The translations under genes and the position numbers were made by a program. Below, one piece after another: positions 19,517 through 29,578 of a stretch of 64,000 bases of DNA. The notes under the pieces were generated by a model that had not been told where the DNA came from, ran no database searches, and saw only the letters and a program-made list of their open reading frames with translations. Source of the DNA: a virus; the IMG/VR virus record IMGVR_UViG_3300036398_002324. One strand, written 5' to 3'. Positions within the stretch are counted from its first letter, which is position 1; each line of letters opens with the position of its first letter.

Positions 19517-19867
19517 ATGCAAATCCAAGAAGTTATTAATCACATTGCTGCTGGCGATAGCGTGGCAGCAAAAGAAAGCATAGAAAATATTCTATCAGCA
19601 AAAGCGTTTGATGCGCTTCAAACTCGTAAACAAGAAATTGCTTCAACTCTTTTTGGTGGTCAAGAGCAAGAGCAAGAGTATGAAGAGGCGATGGAAGAAG
19701 GTATAAAGGGTGCTGCTATCGGTGGCGCATTAGGTTCAGTTGGTGGTCCAGTTGGTGCTGCTGTTGGTGGTGCATTGGGTCATGTTGCTGGCGAAGGTCT
19801 TGCTAGTTTAAGAAAAAGAACAGTTGCAGCAGGAAAAGCTTTTGCTACAAAACCATCACGTGATTAA
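19517..19867 (+). CDS. Prohead core protein (gp67-like) with C-terminal glycine-zipper extension
   Basis: Position after the portal; acidic helical N-half; GAAIGGALG...GAAVGGALG. Confidence 0.6.
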   Translation: MQIQEVINHIAAGDSVAAKESIENILSAKAFDALQTRKQEIASTLFGGQEQEQEYEEAMEEGIKGAAIGGALGSVGGPVGAAVGGALGHVAGEGLASLRKRTVAAGKAFATKPSRD

Positions 19868-19870
19868 TTA

Positions 19871-20542
19871 ATGAAATCATTATTACAATTTAAATGTATT
19901 GTTGAAGAAGAAAAGTCCGACTACTCAAAGTTGGACATTCTTGTTCGTGCAGGTTTAGCAAACAAAGCACAGCTCCAACGTATTCACAAAATAGTGGATA
20001 AGATGGGCGAAGAACGTCCAGTGTTCAATAATGCTGATCGTGAAATCATGCGTAATCTTTTCAATCGTATGGCTGATTTGATTACAAGCAATAAACAAAT
20101 TTTTACACGTGCAAGACAAGCAGTTAGAGAAGATTTGAACGAAGCACGAAGCGACAGTGTTGGTAGTGCTTTTCCATTAGTACCGGACCCACCGGTTGTT
20201 TTGGTAATCAAACGCAAAGCAGTAAGATTGTATCCAGATGGCACTAGAGTTGCGCTTTATTGGAGCGACAAACTAAAGAAATATTTTAGCGTTCCATATG
20301 GACCAGCCTTAGATTCGACAATTCAAGCTGAGGAATATGTCAGAGAATTTTTAGAGTCCGATGAAATCGCTTTAAATGATGGTAATAATGTTTCTCTAAA
20401 CGAACAAACAAAAGAAATGTTTATAGATGTTTATGGGCGTTTAGATGAGCAAAACAAAGAATATTTTTGGAATCAATTAACAGAATCAGCATCAACATTT
20501 GGAAAACTCTATGAATTTTGTAGAACTAATTCTTCAGAATAA
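19871..20542 (+). CDS. Hypothetical head-associated protein
   Basis: In the head operon; MKSLLQFK..VEE start; several LxE motifs. Confidence 0.6.
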   Translation: MKSLLQFKCIVEEEKSDYSKLDILVRAGLANKAQLQRIHKIVDKMGEERPVFNNADREIMRNLFNRMADLITSNKQIFTRARQAVREDLNEARSDSVGSAFPLVPDPPVVLVIKRKAVRLYPDGTRVALYWSDKLKKYFSVPYGPALDSTIQAEEYVREFLESDEIALNDGNNVSLNEQTKEMFIDVYGRLDEQNKEYFWNQLTESASTFGKLYEFCRTNSSE

Positions 20543-20972
20543 ATTAGACGAAGCCAAAGAACTCATCTATGAAAAATTGGATGAGATAGCTTCTATTAAA
20601 TTAGAAGAGATAAAGCCATTCGTTGTTGATGAGATGTTTGAAGAGATTGAAGTTGACGAAGAAGTATTAGAAGAGGCTGCAAAGAAACGAAATCCAAATG
20701 TTGTTAAAATGGGTAGAGTTCAAAAGATTCGTCGCCGTATTCGTCGCAATAAAAAAGGTAAGATTATCGTACAGAAAAATGTACGCAAATCAGCACTAAA
20801 AGGATATCGTTTGTCTGGCAATACAGTAAAGCGTATACCAGCAACAGTAAGATTACGTAAAGCACGTTTATTGAAACGTGCATGGAAAACAACAAGAAGA
20901 GCAAAACTTAGACGCACATTGTTAAAGAGAAAGATGTCAATGCGCCGTCGTAAATCTATGGGACTAAGATAA
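20511..20972 (+). CDS. Prohead core protein (gp68-like), acidic N-half and Arg/Lys-rich C-half
   Basis: Position before gp21; R/K-rich tail ending RRRKSMGLR; ATG at 20511 preferred over 20499. Confidence 0.6.
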   Translation: MNFVELILQNKLDEAKELIYEKLDEIASIKLEEIKPFVVDEMFEEIEVDEEVLEEAAKKRNPNVVKMGRVQKIRRRIRRNKKGKIIVQKNVRKSALKGYRLSGNTVKRIPATVRLRKARLLKRAWKTTRRAKLRRTLLKRKMSMRRRKSMGLR

Positions 20973-20973
20973 A

Positions 20974-21336
20974 ATGCCATTTGAAATAACTAACAGTTTA
21001 AGAGGAACATCAGTCATTCGTGGTGTCGATGCGGGTACTTACACAATCACACTGAATGATTTAAGAGCCAATACCACAATCGAAAGTGTGTCGGCCGCAG
21101 ATATTAAACGAATCATGTGGTCAACAAACGGTAGCATTACAGTTGTTAGAAACGGTGTTCCACAACTTGCTTTGCATACAGGTGGTGTTATGGATTTTGC
21201 AGACTTTGCACACTCACTTGCAAATAATAATACTCAAAGCATTGTTGTAACAATTAATACAGGCGGTTCTTTTATTATGGAAGTTTCTAAAGTTGCGACA
21301 TACAATGTTGACCCATATACAGGAGCATCCATCTAA
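20974..21336 (+). CDS. Hypothetical structural protein
   Basis: 120-aa beta-rich ORF, stop coupled to the gp21 start. Confidence 0.6.
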   Translation: MPFEITNSLRGTSVIRGVDAGTYTITLNDLRANTTIESVSAADIKRIMWSTNGSITVVRNGVPQLALHTGGVMDFADFAHSLANNNTQSIVVTINTGGSFIMEVSKVATYNVDPYTGASI

Positions 21337-21986
21337 TGAAACTAATTAAAGAACATATTGAAGATGTAAGATATCTTACCGAAAAAACAGAAGACGGTAA
21401 AAAACAAATGTACATTGAAGGTATTTTTCTTGTCGGTGACACAGTTAACCGAAACAATCGCATGTACGAAATGAAAACATTACGTAATGAAGTCGCACGA
21501 TACACAAAAGAACTTATTGAATCTAATCGTGCGCTTGGCGAACTAGGACATCCTGATACACCATCACTCAATCTTGAACGTGTATCTCATAAGATTGTTA
21601 GCCTTAAAGAAGACGGAAATACTTTTGTAGGTAAAGCACTTATTATGGAAACACCTTATGGACAAATAGCCAAGAATTTAATAGATTCTGGTGTAAATCT
21701 GGGTGTTTCTTCACGTGCCCTAGGCTCAGTTGTAATGACTAAAGAGGGTTACAATTTAGTCCAAGATGATTTGCGTCTTGCAACAGCAGCAGACATCGTT
21801 GCTGACCCTTCAGCACCAGGAGCTTTTGTTCAAGGTATTATGGAGAACAAAGAGTGGATGTATGTTGAAGGTCGTTTTGTTGAGTCACATATTGACTACG
21901 CTAAAAAACAGATTCGTCAAGCATCACGCAAAGAAATTGAGACTGTTGGATTACAACTTTTCGAAAATTTTCTACGAAAACTTTAA
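21336..21986 (+). CDS. gp21: Prohead protease gp21
   Basis: ALGELGHP, GVSSRALGS, ADIVADPSAPGAFV. Confidence 0.95.
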   Translation: MKLIKEHIEDVRYLTEKTEDGKKQMYIEGIFLVGDTVNRNNRMYEMKTLRNEVARYTKELIESNRALGELGHPDTPSLNLERVSHKIVSLKEDGNTFVGKALIMETPYGQIAKNLIDSGVNLGVSSRALGSVVMTKEGYNLVQDDLRLATAADIVADPSAPGAFVQGIMENKEWMYVEGRFVESHIDYAKKQIRQASRKEIETVGLQLFENFLRKL

Positions 21987-21990
21987 AATT

Positions 21991-21998
21991 TATAAATA
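21991..21998 (+). promoter_or_regulatory. Late promoter TATAAATA for gp22/gp23
   Basis: Exact consensus followed by AAGGAG. Confidence 0.8.
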
Positions 21999-22020
21999 AG
22001 AAATCATAAGGAGATATTCA

Positions 22021-23124
22021 ATGGCAACAAACAAACTAATGGAAGCAGCGGCAGAAATTCTTGCAGCAAGCAAGTCTTCGGCTCCTGGTATGCCAATGCC
22101 TAAGTTACAGCACGACACTCCAGGCAATTCTGGAACACCTGAAGACTTGGGCGGTCCTACACCACAAAACAACAAACCAAATGATGATTCTAACAAGCTT
22201 TCAAACAAAGCTAAAGACTCAGCTGGTTCAAATAAATCTTCATTGAACATGAAGCCTTCACACGCTTCTGCCGATACACAACTTGGTGACAAGAACATGC
22301 GTCCGGGTTCAGGTACCAACATGATGCCAGAAGATGTTGAAGAAGATGTAGAAATTTTTGATGATAATTCAGCAGTTGAAGAAATGAAAGCTCAGATGAA
22401 AGAAGATATTGATTCTCTTTTTGCTGATGACAAAAACATTTCTGAAGACTTTAAAGCTAAAGCTGTTACTATTTTTGAAGCACGTGTATTTGACCGTGTT
22501 GCTCAAATTCAAGAGCAATTGGAATCAGAATATGCTGGTCAATTGGTAGAAGCTGTTGAAACAATCAAAGCAGAACTAACAGAAAAAGTCGATGACTATC
22601 TCAACTACGTAGTTGAGCAGTGGATGGAAGAAAATCAAATTGCTGTTGAAAGCGGTTTACGTTCCGAAATTACAGAAGACTTTATTGCCGGTCTACGCAA
22701 TCTGTTTGCTGAAAACTATATCAATGTTCCAGAAGACAAAGTTGACCTTGTAGAAGAACTTGCTTCTAAGGTTGAAGAACTGGAAGAAAAATTGAACGAA
22801 GAAATTGAAACTAATATTCAGTATAAAAAACAACTTACTGAAGCAGTCAAAGTACAACTAGTAAATGAAGTGTGTGAAGGTCTCACAGCAACTCAAGTTG
22901 AAAAGATTAAAGCACTCGCAGAGAGTGTAGAATTTTCCACAGAGGAAGAATTCGTAGAAAAACTTGAAACAATTCGTGAGAACTATTTCCCATCAGGCAT
23001 GAAAAAAGCCGATGCAGCACAGCTTCACGAAACAGTTGATGACACTGATGGTAACGAAAAGAAGATGTCTTCTGATCCTTACGTTGCATCAGTCATGCAA
23101 GCAATTTCTAAAACAAAAATTTAA
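22021..23124 (+). CDS. gp22: Prohead core scaffold protein gp22
   Basis: KAVTIFEA, VDDYLNYVVEQWMEEN; acidic coiled coil; synteny. Confidence 0.92.
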   Translation: MATNKLMEAAAEILAASKSSAPGMPMPKLQHDTPGNSGTPEDLGGPTPQNNKPNDDSNKLSNKAKDSAGSNKSSLNMKPSHASADTQLGDKNMRPGSGTNMMPEDVEEDVEIFDDNSAVEEMKAQMKEDIDSLFADDKNISEDFKAKAVTIFEARVFDRVAQIQEQLESEYAGQLVEAVETIKAELTEKVDDYLNYVVEQWMEENQIAVESGLRSEITEDFIAGLRNLFAENYINVPEDKVDLVEELASKVEELEEKLNEEIETNIQYKKQLTEAVKVQLVNEVCEGLTATQVEKIKALAESVEFSTEEEFVEKLETIRENYFPSGMKKADAAQLHETVDDTDGNEKKMSSDPYVASVMQAISKTKI

Positions 23125-23147
23125 TAATAATCAAAGGAGATACAAAG

Positions 23148-24491
23148 ATGTATTTGTCTGAAAATTTACAAAACAAATGGGATGGTGTTCTAAATCATCC
23201 AGACTTGCCAGCGATTGCTGACCCATATCGTAAGGCAGTTACAGCAGTTATCCTGGAAAATCAGGCTACTGAAATGATCAAAGAATCTGGTATGCTGCAA
23301 GAGACCGGTTCACCAACTAACTTTGCTGGTACAGGCGGTTTTGGTGGCGGTGCTGCTGCTGCAGGTCCAGTTGCTGGTTTCGATCCAATTCTTATCAGCT
23401 TAGTTCGTCGTTCATTACCTAATCTGATTGCGTATGACGTTTGCGGCGTTCAGCCAATGACAGGTCCTACAGGTCTGATTTTTGCAATGCGTACTAAGTA
23501 TGCATCACAAGGTGGTGGAGAAGCATTCTACAACGAAGCTAACACAGCATTCTCTGGTGCTAACGGCGCTATCGTTGCTTCTTCAATGACAATTGCTGGT
23601 AACACAACAGATTATCTGTTTACTGGTAACGCTGCTCCTACAGGCGCAATGACTACTGGTTCTGCTGAAGCATTAGGCGACGGTGCAGCTGGTAACACAT
23701 TCCAAGAAATGGCATTCTCAATTGAGAAAGTTACTGTTACAGCACGTACACGTGCATTGAAAGCAGAATACTCAATGGAACTTGCACAAGACTTGAAAGC
23801 AGTTCATGGTCTAGACGCAGAAACAGAATTGGCTAATATCCTTTCTGCTGAAATTCTTGCTGAAATCAACCGTGAAGTTATCCGTACAATCTACAAAGTT
23901 GCTAAACCAGGCTGTCAAGCTGGTACAACAACTCGTGGTGCATTCAACCTTGACACAGATTCAAACGGTCGTTGGATGGTTGAAAAGATTAAAGGTCTTG
24001 CATTCCAGATTGAACGTGAAGCAAACCAAATTGCTAAGACAACTCGTCGTGGTAAAGGTAACATCGTTATCTGTTCTTCAGACGTAGCTTCTGCTCTAGC
24101 GATGTCAGGTATTCTTGATTACAACTCAGCACTTGCTGGTCAAGTTAATCTAACAGTTGATGATACTGGTAATACTTTTGCTGGTACAATCTTCGGTCGT
24201 ATCAAAGTTTACATTGACCCATACTTCCCAACAGGCTCAACATCTGAGTTTGCGGTTGTAGGTTACAAGGGTACTAACGCATACGATGCTGGTATGTTCT
24301 ACTGCCCATACGTTCCTCTACAAATGGTTCGTGCAGTTGATACAGGTACATTCCAGCCAAAGATTGGCTTCAAGACTCGTTACGGTCTAGTTGCTAACCC
24401 ATTTGCTGAAGGTACTGACCAGGGTCTAGGTCGTTTGGATTCACAGTCAAACAACTACTACCGTGGTTTCCGTATTGCAAACTTGATGTAA
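23148..24491 (+). CDS. gp23: Major capsid protein gp23
   Basis: GVQPMTGPTGLIFAMR; RALKAEYSMELAQDLKAVHGLDAE; FQPKIGFKTRYG. Confidence 0.98.
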   Translation: MYLSENLQNKWDGVLNHPDLPAIADPYRKAVTAVILENQATEMIKESGMLQETGSPTNFAGTGGFGGGAAAAGPVAGFDPILISLVRRSLPNLIAYDVCGVQPMTGPTGLIFAMRTKYASQGGGEAFYNEANTAFSGANGAIVASSMTIAGNTTDYLFTGNAAPTGAMTTGSAEALGDGAAGNTFQEMAFSIEKVTVTARTRALKAEYSMELAQDLKAVHGLDAETELANILSAEILAEINREVIRTIYKVAKPGCQAGTTTRGAFNLDTDSNGRWMVEKIKGLAFQIEREANQIAKTTRRGKGNIVICSSDVASALAMSGILDYNSALAGQVNLTVDDTGNTFAGTIFGRIKVYIDPYFPTGSTSEFAVVGYKGTNAYDAGMFYCPYVPLQMVRAVDTGTFQPKIGFKTRYGLVANPFAEGTDQGLGRLDSQSNNYYRGFRIANLM

Positions 24492-24518
24492 TTAAATAAC
24501 CACCGTAGAGTGGGATTT

Positions 24519-24549
24519 AAAGAGGCTTCTTCGGGAGCCTCTTTTTTTT
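24519..24549 (+). terminator. Rho-independent terminator with UUCG loop after gp23
   Basis: AAAGAGGCTTC-TTCG-GGAGCCTCTTTTTTTT. Confidence 0.9.
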
Positions 24550-24552
24550 GTT

Positions 24553-24560
24553 TATAAATA
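24553..24560 (+). promoter_or_regulatory. Late promoter TATAAATA for gp3
   Basis: Exact consensus 5 nt before ATG 24566 (near-leaderless). Confidence 0.75.
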
Positions 24561-24565
24561 AGCAT

Positions 24566-25105
24566 ATGACAGCACTTAATAGAACCCCAACAAATCCAAA
24601 TTCAATTCAACCTAACAAGTTTACGTTGAACTTTAGTCGTGCGCCAAATTTACAATATTTTTGTCAGACTATTTCTTTACCAGGTGTTTCAACATCAGAA
24701 ATACCTATTAACAATCCATTCGTTGAATTATATGCACCAGGTGAAAAGACAATATATGATGTATTAAATATTACTTTTATTGTTGATGCAGAAATGTTAA
24801 GTTGGTTAGAGATTCATGACTGGCTTCGTGCAATGACTTTCCCAACCGAATTTGAAGAGTATCAGTCTTTAGGTAAACTTTCTCAATTCACTAGCGCACA
24901 AGCATCAGCTACACCACAATATGCAGATGGTTCTGTAACAATTCTCTCAGCATCAAATAAACCGTACTACCGTTTTAACTTCAAAGATTTATTTCCAATC
25001 TCACTTTCTGGTTTTATTTTATCTTCAACTGACTCTCCAGAATCAATTGTCACAGCAGACGCAACTTTCAGATTTACCTATTATAACGTAGAAAAATTAT
25101 TTTAA
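24566..25105 (+). CDS. gp3: Tail tube terminator / head-proximal tip gp3
   Basis: YFCQTISLPG, EIHDW, F.DLFP.SLS, ADATFRFTYY; ATG at 24566 preferred over track start 24548. Confidence 0.85.
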   Translation: MTALNRTPTNPNSIQPNKFTLNFSRAPNLQYFCQTISLPGVSTSEIPINNPFVELYAPGEKTIYDVLNITFIVDAEMLSWLEIHDWLRAMTFPTEFEEYQSLGKLSQFTSAQASATPQYADGSVTILSASNKPYYRFNFKDLFPISLSGFILSSTDSPESIVTADATFRFTYYNVEKLF

Positions 25106-25117
25106 ATGTGATATACT
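25089..25117 (+). promoter_or_regulatory. sigma70-type promoter for the uvsY operon
   Basis: TAGAAA-17-TATACT with extended -10 TG. Confidence 0.55.
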
Positions 25118-25136
25118 CCTAATACGGAGGTAAACT

Positions 25137-25571
25137 ATGAGCAAACTTGATGATGTATTACAGATGTGGGCAACTGATTCTATCATTGATAGAACTGAAC
25201 CTGGTAAAGCACTGATTGACATTCCAAAACTTCATTCGAAGTATTTAAACATTCTTTCTTCACATAGATTGTTAGTCAAAGAAGCCGAATTTCAATATAA
25301 CAAATGGCGTAAATTAAAGTGGGAATACTACACTGGCAAACTTGACGAAGAATTGTTGCATCATTATGGATGGCAACCATTTCCTTTTACACTCAAATCT
25401 GAAATCAATACATACTTAGAAGCAGACGAAGATATCAATAAGTATCTTGCTAGAAAACTATTACATGAAGAAATTGTGGAAGTATGCCAAGCAATCATAA
25501 AAGAACTAAACAACCGAACATGGGAGCTTCGGTCATTCATTGACTGGGAAAAGTTTATTCAAGGTGTTTGA
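25137..25571 (+). CDS. uvsY: Recombination mediator UvsY
   Basis: IPKLHSKYL; KWEYYTGK; IDWEKF. Confidence 0.9.
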   Translation: MSKLDDVLQMWATDSIIDRTEPGKALIDIPKLHSKYLNILSSHRLLVKEAEFQYNKWRKLKWEYYTGKLDEELLHHYGWQPFPFTLKSEINTYLEADEDINKYLARKLLHEEIVEVCQAIIKELNNRTWELRSFIDWEKFIQGV

Positions 25572-27045
25572 TTTAATTTTACGAAAACAGAACGAAGCGT
25601 TCATAAGAATTGATTGTGAGAAGAGTGTCGCTTACGAACTCTCTTCTTATTTTGAATTTTTTGTTCCTGGTTATCAGTTCATGCCAACATACAAGAATAA
25701 ATTGTGGGATGGAAAAGTTCGTCTTTTCGATTTGCGTTCACATACAATTTATTCTGGTCTGTTGCCGTACATTGAAAAGTTTTGCGCTGAAAGAGAATAT
25801 AAGTATGAGATTGACTCAGCAATCACTGCAACTGAGAATTTCTCAGCATTAGAAGCTAAAGAGTTTATAGACAGTCTTGAACTGCACAAAACCATTATAC
25901 AAGAAGGTGCAAGAGAATATCAAGTAAAAGCATTCATTTCTGCCGTTAGAAATAGAAGAATGTTGTTATTATCACCGACTGGTTCAGGTAAGTCCTTCAT
26001 TTTGTATCTCATTCTGAGATATGTTCAGCATAAAAAACACAAAAAAGGTTTGTTGATTGTTCCGACAACATCACTTGTTGAACAGATGTACTCCGATTTT
26101 GCATCTTACGGATACGATTCAGAGAAATATTGTCATCGTCAATATTCTGGTAAAGACAAGAACACAGACAAGTTTCTTACAATCACCACATGGCAATCAA
26201 TCTATAAAAATCCACCAGAATACTTTGAGCAGTTTGATTTTGTTTTTGGTGATGAAGCACACCAGTTCAAAGCAAAGTCTCTGACTACCATTATGTCTGG
26301 ATTAAAGAATGCATCTTACAGAATTGGATGTACAGGAACAATTGATGGTACACAAACACACAAACTTGTTCTTGAGGGATTGTTTGGACCAGTTTATCAA
26401 TCAACGACAACAGCTAAACTTATTGAAGATAAGATGTTAGCAGAATTTAAAATAAAATGTTTGATATTAAAATATTCTGAAGAAGTTTGTAAACAGTCCA
26501 GAGCATGGGACTATCAGAGTGAAATAAACTACATAGTTAGTAACAAAGCACGAAATGAATTTATTCGTAATCTTACACTATCACTAGAGGGCAATTCTCT
26601 TGTGCTATTTAATTTGGTTGAAAAACATGGCAAACAACTTCACAAACTCATTGAAGAGAAAGCTAGTAATAGGCATGTTTTTTTTGTGTATGGTGGAACA
26701 GATGTTCAAGTCCGTGAACAAGTTCGTGCCATTACCGAAAAAGAAAATAACGCCATCATCGTGGCTTCTTACGGCACTTTTTCTACCGGTATTAATATAC
26801 GTAATCTTCATAACGTTATTTTTGCCTCACCGTCTAAGTCGAGAGTTAGAAATTTACAATCAATTGGAAGAGGCTTGCGAATTGGAGACAACAAAAAAGA
26901 AGCGGTACTATTTGATATAGCAGATGATTTTCGCATAGGTAAACATGTTAATTTCACATTGAAACATTTTGCCGACCGTGTTAAAATATATGATGGAGAA
27001 AAGTTCAAATACAAATTCTACAACATAGAGGTCAAAAATGCATAA
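25564..27045 (+). CDS. uvsW: SF2 helicase UvsW
   Basis: SPTGSGKS, DEAH, QSIGRGLR; GTG start at 25564 likely. Confidence 0.93.
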   Translation: MFDLILRKQNEAFIRIDCEKSVAYELSSYFEFFVPGYQFMPTYKNKLWDGKVRLFDLRSHTIYSGLLPYIEKFCAEREYKYEIDSAITATENFSALEAKEFIDSLELHKTIIQEGAREYQVKAFISAVRNRRMLLLSPTGSGKSFILYLILRYVQHKKHKKGLLIVPTTSLVEQMYSDFASYGYDSEKYCHRQYSGKDKNTDKFLTITTWQSIYKNPPEYFEQFDFVFGDEAHQFKAKSLTTIMSGLKNASYRIGCTGTIDGTQTHKLVLEGLFGPVYQSTTTAKLIEDKMLAEFKIKCLILKYSEEVCKQSRAWDYQSEINYIVSNKARNEFIRNLTLSLEGNSLVLFNLVEKHGKQLHKLIEEKASNRHVFFVYGGTDVQVREQVRAITEKENNAIIVASYGTFSTGINIRNLHNVIFASPSKSRVRNLQSIGRGLRIGDNKKEAVLFDIADDFRIGKHVNFTLKHFADRVKIYDGEKFKYKFYNIEVKNA

Positions 27046-27454
27046 CGTAAAACTAATAAGAATGCAATCTGGTGAAGATATATTAGCTTCTATGTGTGAA
27101 GAAGAAAATTCCGATATGATTCAGTTGAATGAGCCCATGCGTTTAGTATTTCGAAGAATGCCAACTGGACAAACTGTAATGATGATGATGCCCTGGTTAC
27201 CGGTTGAACTTATCAAAGTTAATAGTGCAAATATATATTATACAGACATTGTTACGATTGTTGAACCTAGAGAAGAAATGATTAGGTATTATGATAAAGT
27301 GATTGAGAAATTATCAAAAGATATGGAAGAATCTGATAAGAAAATAAATGAATTATTAGAAGACCATGACGATAGTGATGAAGAAAATGAAGAAGAAGTA
27401 TACCAAGAAATTCTACAACACATAAATGAAATAAAAAATAAAAAGTTACATTAA
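27038..27454 (+). CDS. Conserved T4-like hypothetical protein (Sm-like fold, acidic tail)
   Basis: KLIRMQSGEDI...PW motif; usual position after uvsW. Confidence 0.6.
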   Translation: MHNVKLIRMQSGEDILASMCEEENSDMIQLNEPMRLVFRRMPTGQTVMMMMPWLPVELIKVNSANIYYTDIVTIVEPREEMIRYYDKVIEKLSKDMEESDKKINELLEDHDDSDEENEEEVYQEILQHINEIKNKKLH

Positions 27455-27468
27455 AGGATTAGTTTATT

Positions 27469-28986
27469 ATGTCAAAAGTGGTGACATTTGTTATACCAAG
27501 CAGTGCTGCACAAGCATATCAGGAACTCTCTAATAAGTATTCTGCTATTGAACCGCCAACATGGGCATTGTTACTTGCTAACGCTGTTCGTGTTGATGGA
27601 TATAATCCTTGTATTTTAGATTTTGATGCTGAACCTACAAGTGTTGAACAAGCAGCAGAGAAAATTGCGGATACAAAAACTGATATAGCAGTCTTTGTTC
27701 TTTATGGACAAAATCCAAACTCAGGCACCACGATGATGATTGGTGCATCAAAACTAGCAAAGCAACTTAAAGCATCACATCCATCAATCAAAACAGTATT
27801 CATCGGCTCACATGCTTCTGCATTGCCATATGATGTTATTGGTTTACCTTATGTTGATTTCGTATTCATCAATGAGGGTGTTTATGGTCTGCTAGATTTG
27901 CTGCAAACAAACTATGTTGATGAACTAGACAAAGTTCGTGGTCTGGTATATAAGAAACATGGCTTTGCTGCGACGGGTGCTCCTGGTGAGATTGTTCAAA
28001 CGAAAGATATGGACAGAGTTATGCCAGGTTATGCATGGGATTTGCTACCAAAAGATAACAACTTATTAGACAAATACAGAGCGCATTATTGGCATTCATA
28101 TTTCAAAGACGAAGGTCGTACACCATTTGCTGCAATCTCAACATCACTGGGTTGTTCATTTGGTTGCAACTTCTGTATGATTAATATCGTCAATAGAACA
28201 TCATATCAACAAGGCACAGTATCATCCGATACTCGTGGTATGCGTTTCTGGTCACCAGAATTAATGTTGAAAGAATTTGAATATCTATGGGAAAATGGTG
28301 TACGCACAGTTCGTTTGACTGATGAGATGTTTTTTCTAAACAAAAAATATTATGTTCCTATTCTGCAAGGTCTGGTTGACCGTGGAATGAAGTTTAATTT
28401 CTGGGCATATGCACGTGTAGATTCCGTTCGAAAAGACCAACTAGAATTGTTCAAAGAAGCTGGAGTAAATTGGCTTGCACTTGGTATCGAAGCAGGTAAT
28501 CCACAAGTTCGTTTAGAAATTGATAAAGGTCGATTCAAGCAAGTTGATATTCGTGAAGTTGTACAAGACATTAAAGATGCTGGTATCAATGTGTTGGGCA
28601 ATTACATGTTTGGTTTTCCAGAAGATACACAAGAGACAATGCAAGAAACTTTAGACCTTGCACTTGAGTTAAACTGTGAACATGCAAACTTCTATGCAGC
28701 AATGGCATTACCTGGTAGTCCACTTTATATGGAAGCAGTTAATAATAAATGGGAATTACCACAGACGTTCGATGAGTTCGCATTTCTATCATATGACTGT
28801 AAACCACTCAGAACAAAAGCACTAACTGGTGCTGAAGTATTGAAGTTTCGTGATGATGCTTGGCACAAATACTTTTCACATGGACCATTCTTGAATCTTG
28901 TTGAAAACAAATTTGGAATTGATTCACGTAAAAATATTGAAGAGATGTCCAAGATTAGATTGAAAAGGAAAATTCTAGGTGACTAA
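27469..28986 (+). CDS. Cobalamin-binding radical SAM enzyme
   Basis: N-terminal B12-binding-like domain (EPP.W...GSHASALP...GEG-like); CSFGCNFC; DEMF, YARVD, GIEAG, GFPEDT. Confidence 0.88.
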   Translation: MSKVVTFVIPSSAAQAYQELSNKYSAIEPPTWALLLANAVRVDGYNPCILDFDAEPTSVEQAAEKIADTKTDIAVFVLYGQNPNSGTTMMIGASKLAKQLKASHPSIKTVFIGSHASALPYDVIGLPYVDFVFINEGVYGLLDLLQTNYVDELDKVRGLVYKKHGFAATGAPGEIVQTKDMDRVMPGYAWDLLPKDNNLLDKYRAHYWHSYFKDEGRTPFAAISTSLGCSFGCNFCMINIVNRTSYQQGTVSSDTRGMRFWSPELMLKEFEYLWENGVRTVRLTDEMFFLNKKYYVPILQGLVDRGMKFNFWAYARVDSVRKDQLELFKEAGVNWLALGIEAGNPQVRLEIDKGRFKQVDIREVVQDIKDAGINVLGNYMFGFPEDTQETMQETLDLALELNCEHANFYAAMALPGSPLYMEAVNNKWELPQTFDEFAFLSYDCKPLRTKALTGAEVLKFRDDAWHKYFSHGPFLNLVENKFGIDSRKNIEEMSKIRLKRKILGD

Positions 28987-29578
28987 ACAAGAACTTATCG
29001 CATTCGAAGATAAGATTGCTGATCATTTCAACAATGGCAGAATTCGTGCGCCAATTCATCTGTACTATGGCAATGAGAATGAAATGATAAAAATCTTCAA
29101 AAACATTCGGTCAATAGATTGGGTGTTTTGTTCATGGCGTTCACATTATCAATGTCTGTTGAAAGGTGTGCCGCCAGATGTTTTAGAAAAAGATATTTTG
29201 GAAGGCAAGTCAATCTCACTTTGTTATCCACAATACAACATATACTCATCAGCAATTGTTGGTGGCAATATTCCTATTGCAGTAGGAACTGCGATGGCAA
29301 TGAAACGTAAAAAGATTGACACGAAGGTGTATTGCTTTGTTGGTGACATGACATCAGAATCTGGCATCTTCATGGAAAACTTCAAGTATTCTATTCAACA
29401 TGAACTGCCTATCAAATTTATTGTTGAAGATAATGGCAAATCTGTTTGTACTGATACAAATAAAACTTGGGGTGTATCAGAATCATCATATAAGAATTGT
29501 GAACACGAATCCATTTATTATTATGAATATGAAACAAAATATCCACATGCTGGTGCGGGAATGAGGGTACAATTTTGA
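28979..29578 (+). CDS. TPP-dependent E1-alpha-like subunit (short)
   Basis: HLYYGNE, WRSH, SAIVGGNIPIAVG, TPP motif GDM...EDN. Confidence 0.85.
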   Translation: MTKQELIAFEDKIADHFNNGRIRAPIHLYYGNENEMIKIFKNIRSIDWVFCSWRSHYQCLLKGVPPDVLEKDILEGKSISLCYPQYNIYSSAIVGGNIPIAVGTAMAMKRKKIDTKVYCFVGDMTSESGIFMENFKYSIQHELPIKFIVEDNGKSVCTDTNKTWGVSESSYKNCEHESIYYYEYETKYPHAGAGMRVQF

